Origin: Anthoceros angustus
Taxonomy: Eukaryota > Plantae > Anthocerotophyta
Length of the DNA stretch: 64,000 nt
Direction of reading: 5' to 3'
Assembly (NCBI GenBank): GCA_010909165.1
Contig: MU008162.1
Span: 496,001-560,000, forward strand
Each line of letters opens with the position of its first letter. Position 1 is the first letter of the stretch. Shown piece by piece: positions 54,201-64,000 of this stretch. Below the pieces are notes generated by a model that was given only the letters and a program-made list of their open reading frames with translations, had not been told where the DNA came from and searched no databases. The position numbers and the translations under genes were made by a program.

Positions 54201-56250
54201 GCCCGCATCCCTCCGCATGCATGGCAAGGATCATGAGAACCTCATTGCCAACAGCTGCCTACCCAAAGGTTTGGCGCCAGAGTGAAGGACACGCCATACG
54301 TGCTTGAACCTCTTGGCGTGTGTCTAACAACCGCAATCGACCGATGGAGGATTTCACGAGGAGGAGGAAGACAAGCTAGGGTTGCAACCACCCTGAGGAG
54401 GTTCTTCAAGTCACCGGACGGAGCTGGTGATCGCAAAGAATGAGCCGCAAAAGCTGTGGAGGATGGTGCAAGAGGACCAAGGTCCTATGAGCCGAGAACT
54501 AAGTTCTTGCCTAGGGTTGAGCCTGTTTGTGACCTAAACACCTGTGTCATCACATGGCGACCTCGGAAGACGGCATAGTGCTCGTGGAACTCTTTGGAGG
54601 CATCGACGCTTGAAGCATAAAGTGTGGCATCAAAGTGCGAAGATACGTGCATTGTGACCCGGATCCAAAAGCAAGGATTGGCCGTATGCGTAAGAGACTT
54701 GATGGGGAGTACCAACCTCCCGACGGGAGCCGTGAAGGGTTACCGGCGCCGCCGATGGATGTTCGCATGATAGGGTTGTCCCATTTGAGTTGTCTTGGCA
54801 ACCGTGGACCTTGTCATCGCAGTTGGGAGTGTCAAGGACTATCCTCCGCAGTAAGGGTCAAGGTCTCAAGGATCCACGAACAAAGATTGTTCTATGACCG
54901 ATGAGGATCTTGCGCTTGATCCGTAAAGGGCAAGAAAGGCCTTGTGGATACATGTTGGAGAATGTGCCAAGATGCATGAGCGTGAAGAAGCAAGTTCAGG
55001 AGGATTTTGCCACGATCCGAGGAGTGTTGGTCGAGCTTCTATTGGATGCACAATTTGGTTCGAGGGCTCATAGGTTGAGGTCCATGTGGACTAACCTTGC
55101 TCCTTGGAACATTTGAAGTGTGCGAGGTCGCTCACCAAGCGACCTAATCATGTTGTCAAGGATGTGCTAGCATCGGAAGGCATGCCCAACAAGTCATCAA
55201 GATCGACAAGCCGCACTTCCGTGAACACGCCTGACACCCCATGGCGGCTTGGCCAACCTTTGTGTCCAAGTCCAAGTCTTACGCCTTCAGAACCATGGCC
55301 CGGCGTTGTGGTGGATGACATGGCGAGGTTTTGGGAGAGCCAACACAGAGAGGGAGTTGGCCATGGATTTGATGCCGAGCCACGAAGACACCGGAGTGAC
55401 CGAGAAGGAACGGTGTCGATTGCTTGGGCAAGCATTTGACGTGAACATGATGACCGTTGTTTAGCTGAGTCGCTACCAACTTCAAACCAAGAAGGCGGGG
55501 TTGAAGCAGCGGTTCGGTGGGTGAAGGATATTCCAAGACTCGCATCTCAACAGAGAAGGCGAGTTTGGAGGGCAAGGAGAGAGCAGAGGAAGCGCAAGCC
55601 ATCCGAGCCACAACCACATGAGTGGTTAATAAAGTTGAAGAGCAATCAACGGCCTAAAGGAGTTGTTGGAGGCATCGCGACATGTGTTTGCTTTCAGGCT
55701 TGCGGAGATGGGGAAGTACACCAAAGGGAAGTTCCACTTAGAATTAATCAAGAATGAACCAGTGTTCCGCAGGAGGCACAGGCTCAGTAAGGCAAGAAGA
55801 AAATGACGAGCAACCGGCTGGGGGGGAGAGTAGTCCACATGACAGGCGCATGAGGATGCTAAAGACAAGCCTCCACTCATGGACAAGGTTCATAACCTCG
55901 GACGACATTCCAAGGAGATTGGTTTTGTGCACAATGCGCTACATGAGGTGCGACGTGTAGTCTACTAATGATAATGTTTTGACTTAGAGTCTCACATTAT
56001 CGGGGGATTGGTTGCACCTATATATCTGCGTATTCGATTTGTTTGCTTGGTTGTTGGTCGAGGAAGTGCTTATATGAATTCAAGTGCTTACCTCGCGATG
56101 CCATGTGTGATACTAATCTGCACTTGGGTTTAGTGTTTGATTAGCATTAATTATTCTAATTAGTTATCTTTAAGTAAGTAATTAGTATTAATTAATCTAA
56201 GGTGCTTATGTTAATTAAGCATTGATTAGTGTTAATTAATTGATTAGTGT
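51253..56250 (+). mobile_element. Ty3/gypsy LTR retrotransposon: LTR, gag, protease, C5 DNA methyltransferase, truncated RT
   Basis: Putative 5' LTR starts TGTCAT at 51253 (to ~51837); its first ~150 bp recur near 56100. Gag CCHC CVRCRGTDHSPHEC (52979-53020). Protease RRVLIDT(G) ~53860 and DVLG..L...VDLWTE. RT N-terminus HVFAFRLAEMGKY..GKF.IEL..NEPVFRRRHRLS (55657-55790). Confidence 0.82.
54560..55465 (+). CDS. C5-cytosine DNA methyltransferase domain within the Gypsy pol (frameshifted in this assembly)
   Basis: Motif I IVLVELFGGI (54575-54604), IV VDLVIA(G)WECQGLS (54804-54845), V DPR..LFYD, VI GYMLENV (54946-54966), VIII LDA.QFGSRAHRLRSMWTNL (55042-55098), IX ERELAM, X ERCRLLGQAFDVN (55410-55446). 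Confidence 0.85.
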
Positions 56251-59200
56251 TAATTGGTTGCACCTATATATCTACGTATCAGATTTGTTTGCTTGGTTGT
56301 TGGTCGAGGAAGTGCTTATATGAATTCAAGTGCTTACCTCGTGCGACAGATGCAAATCAGTTGCTGTAATTTGAAGAACTGCTGCAATCTGAGGATCTGG
56401 GAAATAGACATCAGTTAGAGATTGGTCGTTGGTGACTAGAACACCCTTGTGGGATCTGATCAGCGACTAAGGTCCGAAATTCGGGTAGCGCTTCGTGGTG
56501 ATGTTGCGTTGCACTAGCGTCCAAGGCGCAACGGACTCCGCTGCTGCCCTCTTTGGTGCCATGCCACCGCGCCTGTCACCTTACTTGCAAAGTAGCCCTT
56601 GCACCGTCGCGGCTCTCTAAAAAACAAAAACCCCTACGAACTGACTAGAAGGGAGGTGAAAGCATTCGTCTCTTGTCCATAGTTAGTGTAGCCCTTTATG
56701 GTGCGAAGGTATAGGGTCTTGAATATTAATGCATAAGAAGTTAGTGACAAAAATTGGACAAGTTATAAATAGGCTAATTTTATTCGGAAGCATTTGGGAG
56801 TTAAGCAGCAGACCTGCAGGGCCCAAATTACTGGCTGAGATGGGAGCTTATCCGCTTGAAATTCAGGCACCAAATTAAACAAGCTGTACACTTCTGAGAT
56901 GGGTTGGAGAATCTCTAGATGTGTAAGCACTTCTCCTATCTACATATGTAGGGATCGAGAACCTGAAGGTATTATTTAACAGCCAAAGGGGATATTTAAT
57001 ATTTGCACTCTTGGGGGGCAAGAAGGTCCAAATGTGCACACCTAGGGGCAAGAAGGCTCAAGTGTGCGCACCTGGAGGGCAAGAAGGGCCAAAAACGTGC
57101 ACTTGGGGGCAAGGGGCCCAGGTGTGCGCTTAACTGCGTGGACCTAGGGGGAAGAAGTCCCTAGTTCACGCACCTGGGCACAAGGGGGCCTTGGTCGCGC
57201 ACTTGTGCACACACCTAGGGACAAGTGCACTATCATGAAACGACAGTTGGTGTGAGGTGAAGCCGCATGAGCAGGGTGTGTCGGGACTCTCCTAGTCCGT
57301 GACAGGACTCTGGCGAGGCTCTTAATAGACTTTACCATTTCAAGGACTTATTGCTACTTTCTAAATAGTCTAGTTATTATTTGCTAGAAGGACTATATGT
57401 GTCATGCTTGCTTAGTGCTAATGATGTATATTTCAGCATGATTAGTTAAGGTTAGTCAGGTCAACTAGCTGCAAGTTAGGGTTGACTCTAGGTGCTCGTG
57501 TGTACCCATCACGGCTAGGCAAGGGGGCTACTGTACAACGTGGGAGCAGTTTGACATGGAGCGGAGCGTAGGCAAGTTCATCATGATCCAAGGCCCGGTA
57601 GTGGACAGCTTGTACCCCAAATCGGAGCGTGGCAAGTTCATCATGATCCAAGGCTTGGGTAGGGCGCTTGTAGCCCAAATCGAGCGTGACAAGTTCATCA
57701 TGATCCGAAGGCTTGGGTAGGGCGCTTGTAGCCCAAATCGAGCGTGGGCACAAGGGAGGCAAGAGAAAAAGGCGGAGGAGGCAATTCTCGCTCTGCTAGT
57801 CAGTGAAGCGCCTGCATTCTCTTGGACAAATTTCATAACCTCACGACATTCCGAAGGAGATTGGTTTTGTACAATGCGCTACATGAGGTGCGTCGTGTAG
57901 TCCTACTAATGATAATGTTTTGACTTAGAGTCTCACATTATCGGGGATTTTTTATATATCTGCGTATTATTGTTGCTTGGTTGTTGGTCGAGTGCTTATA
58001 TGAATTCAAGTGCTTACCTCGTCAGGCGGCATCGTCTTATGTGATACTAATCTACGCACTTGGGTTTAGTGTTTGATTAGCATTAATTAATCTAATTACT
58101 TATCTTTAAGTAAGTAATTGGTATTAATTAATCTAAAGGTGCTATATTAATTAAGCATTGATTGATGTTAATTGATTAGTGTTAATTGGTTGCTATATAT
58201 CTACGTGTCAGTTGTTTGCTTGGTTGTTGGTCGGGAAGTGCGCTGAATTCAAGTGCTTTGCATAGATGGCGCGATGCAAATCGATTCTTTGTCAGAATTT
58301 GAAGAGGCACAGAATCGAGGGATGGGAAATAGACATCGGTTAGAGATTGGTGGTTGGTGACTAGAACACCCTTGTGGGATCCGATCGACTAAGGTCCGAA
58401 ATTCGGGTAATGGTGATGTTGCGTTGCACTAAGCGTCAAGGCGGACTCGGCCAGCTGCCCTCTTTGGTGCCATGCCACACCGCGCTTTTAGCCTTGCAGC
58501 TTGCAGCTCTCTAAAAACAAAACCCTCTGAGCCGGCTAGAAGGGAGGTGAAAGCATTAAATCTCTTGTCCATAGTTAGTGTAGCCCTTTATGGTGCGAAG
58601 GTATAGGGTCTTGAATATTAATGCATAAGAAGTTAGTGACAAAAATTGGACAAGTTATAAATAGGCTAATTTTATTCGGAAGCATTTGGGAGTTAAGCAG
58701 CAGACCTGCAGGGCCCAAATTACTGGCTGAGATGGGAGCTTATCCGCTTGAAATTCAGGCACCAAATTAAACAAGCTGTACACTTCTGAGATGGGTTGGA
58801 GAATCTCTAGATGTGTAAGCACTTCTCCTATCTACATATGTAGGGATCGAGAACCTGAAGGTATTATTTAACAGCCAAAGGGGATATTTAATATTTGCAC
58901 TCTTGGGGGGCAAGAAGGTCCAAATGTGCACACCTAGGGGCAAGAAGGCTCAAGTGTGCACTGGAGGGCAAGAAGGCCAAAAACGTGCACTTGGGGCAGG
59001 GGCCAGTGTGCGCTTGGACCTAGGGGGAAGAAGTCCCTAGTTCACGCACCTGGGCACAAGGGGGCCTTGGTCGCGCACTTGTGCACACACCTAGGGACAA
59101 GTGCACTATCATGAAACGACAGTTGGTGTGAGGTGAAGCCGCATGAGCAGGGTGTGTCGGGACTCTCCTAGTCCCGGTGACCCGGGACTCTTACAGCCCG

Positions 59201-62200
59201 AGGCTCTTAATAGACTTTACCATTTCAAGGACTTATTGCTACTTTCTAAATAGTCTAGTTATTATTTGCTAGAAGGACTATATGTGTCATGCTTGCTTAG
59301 TGCTAATGATGTATATTTCAGCATGATTAGTTAAGGTTAGTCAGGTCAACTAGCTGCAAGTTAGGGTTGACTCTAGGTGCTGGTGTGTACCCATCACGGC
59401 TAGGCAAGGGGGCTACTGTACAACGTGGGAGCAGTTTGACATGGAGCGGAGCGTAGGCAAGTTCATCATGATCCGAAGGCCTGGTGTAGTGGACAGTTGT
59501 ACCCCAAATCGGAGCGTGGGCAAGTTCATCATGATCCGAAGGCCTGGTGTAGTAGGCAGTTGCAGCCCAAATCGGAGCGTGGACAAGTTCATCATGATCC
59601 GAAGGCTTGGGTAGGGCAGTTGTAGCCCAAATCAGAGCGTGGGCACAAGGGAGCGTGCCAGTAGAAAAAGGGCAGGAGGAGGCAATTCTCGCTCCTGTTG
59701 AAGTCGTGCCTTGAAGCGCTGCATTCTCTTGGACAAATTTTGAGCAATCTTGGCTCTTTCCTAATGCAATCTTGAGAGTTATTGTGATGCTGATTACTGA
59801 GAGTGTGGTGCGCAAGGTGTGGCACGATTTCCAGGCCACCAGCCTCTTGAATCTCTGATTTGTGAGGCCCAATTTCAATGGGCAGCAGTAGTGTGCTGCT
59901 CGCCCTCTTGTTTACTTCAACAGCCGGTGAGATTTGAGGAGGATTGAGCGGGAAGGAGGCAGCGGTGTAGCTACAGAAAAGATCCCTACAACCAACCAAA
60001 GACTCGATCTTTATTTCATTGTAATCTGACGCTGAGGATAGGAGCGTGGAGACTTTGATTTTGGAGAAGGCGAGTTTGGAGGCAAGGAGAGGCACGTAGA
60101 GGCGTGCAAGCCATCGAGCCACCACATGAGTGGTTAACGTCGAGTTGAAGAGCAATCAGCGTCGGCTAAAGGAGTTGTTGGAGGCATCGCGACATGTGTT
60201 TGCTTTCACGCTTGCGGAGATGGGGAAGTACACCAAAGGGAAGTTCCACATAGAACTAATCAAGAATGAACCGTGTTCGCAGAGGCAGGCTCGATGAGCA
60301 AGAAGAAAATGGCGAGCAGCCGGTGGGGAGTAGTCCACATGACAGGCCCATAAGGATCAAGACAAGCCTCCACTCATGGACAAGGTTCATAACCTCAGGC
60401 GACATTCCGAAGGAGATTGGTTTTGTCGCTACATGAGGTGCGTCGTGTAGTCCTACTAATGATAATGTTTTGACTTAGAGTCTCACATTATCGGGGTTTA
60501 GTTGCACCTATATATCTGCGTATTCGATTTGTTTGCTTGGTTGTTGGTCGAGGAAGTGCTTATATGAATTCAAGTGCTTACCTCGTCCGGCGGTGTCATC
60601 TTAGTGTGATACTAATCTACGCACTTGGGTTTAGTGTTTGATTAGCATTAATTAATCTAATTACTTATCTTTAAGTAAGTAATTAGTATTAATTAATCTA
60701 AGGTGCTTATGTTAATTAAGCATTGATTAGTGTTAATTAATTGATTAGTGTTAATTGGTTGCACCTATATATCTACGTATCGAGATTTGTTTGCTTGGTT
60801 GTTGGTCGAAGTGCTTATATGAATTCAAGTGCCGCAAATGATCTGTCGATTCGTAATTTGAAGAACGCTGTCGAGGATGCGGGAAATAGACATCGATTAG
60901 AGATTGGTCGTTGGTGACTAGAACACCCTTGTGGGATCGATCGCGACTAAGGTCCGTGGTGGCGCTTGTGGTGATGTTGCGTTGCACTAGCGTCAAGGCG
61001 CAACGGACTCCATTCGCCCTCTTTGGTGCCATGCCACCGCCTTACTTGCAAAGTAGCCCTTGCACCGTCGCTCTAAAAACAAAACCCCTACGACTGGTAG
61101 AAGGGAGGTGAAAGCATTCTCTTGTCCATAGTTAGTGTAGCCCTTTATGGTGCGAAGGTATAGGGTCTTGAATATTAATGCATAAGAAGTTAGTGACAAA
61201 AATTGGACAAGTTATAAATAGGCTAATTTTATTAAGCATTTGGGAGTTAAGCGGCACAGGGGCCCAGGGCGAGATGGGAGCTTATCCGCTTGAAATTGTG
61301 CACCAAATTAAACAAAATGTACACTTAGATGGGTTGGAGAATCTCTAGATGTGTAAGCACTTCTCCCATCTACATATGTAGGGATCGAGAACCTGAAGGT
61401 ATTATTTAACACCAAAGGGATATTTAATATTTGCACTCTTGGGGGCAAGAAGGTCCAAATGTGCACACCTAGGCAAGAAGGCTCAAATGCTTTGGAGGCA
61501 AGAAGGCCAAAAACGTGCACTTGGGGGCAGGGGCCTTGGTCGCGCACTTGTGCACACCTAGGGGAAGAAGTCCCTAGTTCACGCACACAGGCACAGGGGC
61601 CTTGGTCGCGCACTTGTGCACACACCTAGGGACAAGTGCACTATCATGAAACGGCTGGTGTGAGGTGAAGCCGCATGAGTGGTGTGTGGGACTCTCCTAG
61701 TCCCAGGATCTGGACTTCAGCCGAGGCTCTTAATAGACTTTACCATTTCAAGGACTTATTGCTACTTTCTAAATAGTCTAGTTATTATTTGCTAGAAGGA
61801 CTATATGTGTCATGCTTGCTTAGTGCTAATGATGTATATTTCAGCATGATTAGTTAAGGTTAGTCAGTCAACTAGCTGTGTTAGGGTTGACTCTAGGTCT
61901 TGGTGTGTACCCATCACGGCTAGGCAAGGGCTCACCTGGCGTGGGAGCGGTGACATGGAGCGAGCGAGGCAAGTTCATCATGATCCAAGGCTTGGGTAGG
62001 GCGCTTGTAGCCCAAATCGAGCGTGACAAGTTCATCATGATCCAAGGCTTGGGTAGGGCGCTTGTAGCCCAAATCGAGCGTGACAAGTTCATCATGATCC
62101 AAGGCTTGGGTAGGGCGCTTGTAGCCCAACGTGGGCACAAGGGAGCGTGCCAGTAGAAAAAGGGCACGAGGAGGCAATTCTCGCTCCACCTGAGTCGTGG

Positions 62201-62550
62201 CCTTGTGCATTCTCTTGGACAAATTTTGAGCAATCTTGGCTCTTTCCTAATGCAATCTTGAGAGTTATTGTGATGCTGATTCACGAGGTAGTGCAAGGTG
62301 TGGCACGATTTCCAAGCCACCAGCCTCTTGAATCTCTGATTTGTGAGGCCCAATTTCAATGGGCAGCAGTAGTGTGCTGCTCGCCCTCTTGTTTACTTCA
62401 ACAGCCGGTGAGATTTGAGGAGGATTGAGCGGGAAGGAGGCAGCGGTGTAGCTACAGAAAAGATCCCTACAACCAACCAAAGACTCGATCTTTATTTCAT
62501 TGTAATCTGACGCTGAGGATAGGAGCGTGGAGACTTTGATTTTGGAGAAG
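55552..62550. repeat. Three tandem ~2.3-2.5 kb copies of an element-end/LTR-like composite unit
   Basis: Units ~55552-57830, 57830-60065 and 60065-62550, with junctions at ggacaa..ttcataacc and gagaagg. Internal ~50-60 bp repeats caagttcatcatgatcc(g)aaggc. Confidence 0.85.
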
Positions 62551-63349
62551 GGGCGCTGCAAGGCACTATAACCGGGCAATAGCTATTCTGCGGGATTGGG
62601 GACTCCACGGCTGTCACAACCACTTTTAACCTTGAATCCTCCAGATCTGCAACGCACCTACAATGGGGTAGCCATCTTGGAGGAATCGCTGATTTTTCTC
62701 AGTACGCTGATCTGGTTTCTGGATCTAATATCCTTCGCCGATACTGCATTTGCTGGACAACAGCTTCAATTTCTTGTGTCTTGGCATTGTGATTTTTTCC
62801 TGTCAACATCAAGACACTACATCTTTATATTATCTTTGTAAACCACCTCATTTGCCGTTCCACATGAGGCGTATAATACACTTACTTGAACGTGATAGGA
62901 AAGTTTCGGAGTATAATCCACTTACTTGAACGTGATAGGAAAGGCTCGGAAATCGCTTCGGCATCTACAGATGCTACTCTATCACTCGTCTAGGCCCTCT
63001 TAGCAAATTGTATCCCATACATTCGATGTGTAGCTCCGACCACTTAGCCTCATCAGCCATAACTGCAGCCACATGAGCTTCCCGCAGCCGACAGCACACG
63101 GCTAGCAGCGCCAACAATCAATAATCTTCACGCTTGCCGGCTGCGTCACATTCACACAAGGTTCACAAAGGTGGAAAAGCTATACAAGTTATCCTTGTCA
63201 ATTTTGCACTCGTTAAATGTTTTACAATACGGAGTGGAGATACCGAAATTGAATGTTCACTAGGTGTGAATGTGATGCCACAGTTGTGGCCTCGTAATGG
63301 TGGAATAACGTGAATACAGAAGAGTGGATATCGTAAATGAAGTGAGGTG

Positions 63350-63830
63350 GAACGCACGAAGACGAAGACGGGATGCCGGTGAGATGAGGATTTGCTCGCT
63401 GCCTCTCCCGCATGCTTCCGCTTGCGTGCCATCTCCTTTCTCAGCTCCCAGACAGATTGGCGCTGACGGGAGCTGGAGCAGGAGCCCGCCGGCGAGTCTC
63501 GTCGGCAGTGGGTCACGGATTTGGAGTGCTGCCTGTCCCTGCTCATGGGGGTGCTTCGCCAGTGGTCCTCCGGGGCGGCAAAAGAGTGGGAGGAGGCGTA
63601 GGGATGCGAGCATTCTGAAAGGGAGGACATTCTGTGAATGCTGCAGGTCTTTGAAGCCGGGAGATGGAGGATTGCGGCTTGGAGCGTCGGAATTGGGGCT
63701 GGGCCTGCGATGCTGGTGCAGGGGAAGTGCGAGGGACAATGCGGAGCGTTCTGGGGAAGTGGCGGAGGCGGAGGTGGAGGGGGAGGAAGATGAGGTTGTG
63801 AGGAGGCAGGGCAGTTTGGTTCTGCCTACA
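63350..63830 (-). other. Possible proline-rich coding exon of a gene extending beyond the window
   Basis: Open frame AEPNCPASSQPHLPPPPPPPPLPQ...SVWELRKEMARKRKH, between a ctgtag acceptor-like site and a gtgcgt donor-like site. No family recognised. Confidence 0.3.
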
Positions 63831-64000
63831 GTGTCTTGGATTGGGGGTGTTGCCGGCCTGGTTCAGCTGTCGTGGCTGAGTTTTGTGGTGGAAATGCAGG
63901 GAGGGAGGTGGCAGGAACATGTGAGGGGTTTTGGCAGGGTTTTAGGATTCGGCCTTGCGGTGATGGTGATGAGCCTGTTTCCTCACAGGTTGTTGGCCGC

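Noticed and set aside
54560-55465. Host DNMT3/DRM/CMT gene or bacterial contamination as the source of the MTase
   Set aside because: No introns or PWWP/UBA/chromo/BAH domains, motif order is not permuted as in DRM, and the domain is collinear with Gypsy gag, protease and RT.

Overview
Eukaryotic land-plant nuclear DNA: gene-dense, with short GT-AG introns. A compact non-seed plant genome such as a Selaginella-type lycophyte is my inference, not shown directly. Positions 1-43.5 kb hold host genes: TilS/RSY3, an AP2/ERF factor, an intronless GAF/fRMsr-like gene, an F-box gene, a DUF4220-DUF594 gene, a germin-like gene, a GRDH-type SDR, ALADIN, mitochondrial uL3, organellar AlaRS, KIN17 plus a damaged duplicate, tRNA-Glu(CTC) and tRNA-Gly(GCC). 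Copia, hAT and restriction-like-endonuclease LINE fragments are interspersed among them. Positions 44.5-62.6 kb are a repeat block: a ~2 kb tandem array, a duplicated Copia gag-protease-integrase-N half, and a Gypsy LTR element. The top finding is that this Gypsy pol encodes a C5-cytosine DNA methyltransferase (motifs I, IV, VI, VIII, IX/X) between the protease and a truncated RT. Other notable points: a bacterial-type type II fRMsr gene, a Copia integrase split by the same repeat at two loci 34 kb apart in opposite orientation, and TE indels clustered at CAG/CTG sites, suggesting many frameshifts are methylation-induced long-read errors. All identifications come from reading motifs by eye; no searches were run.
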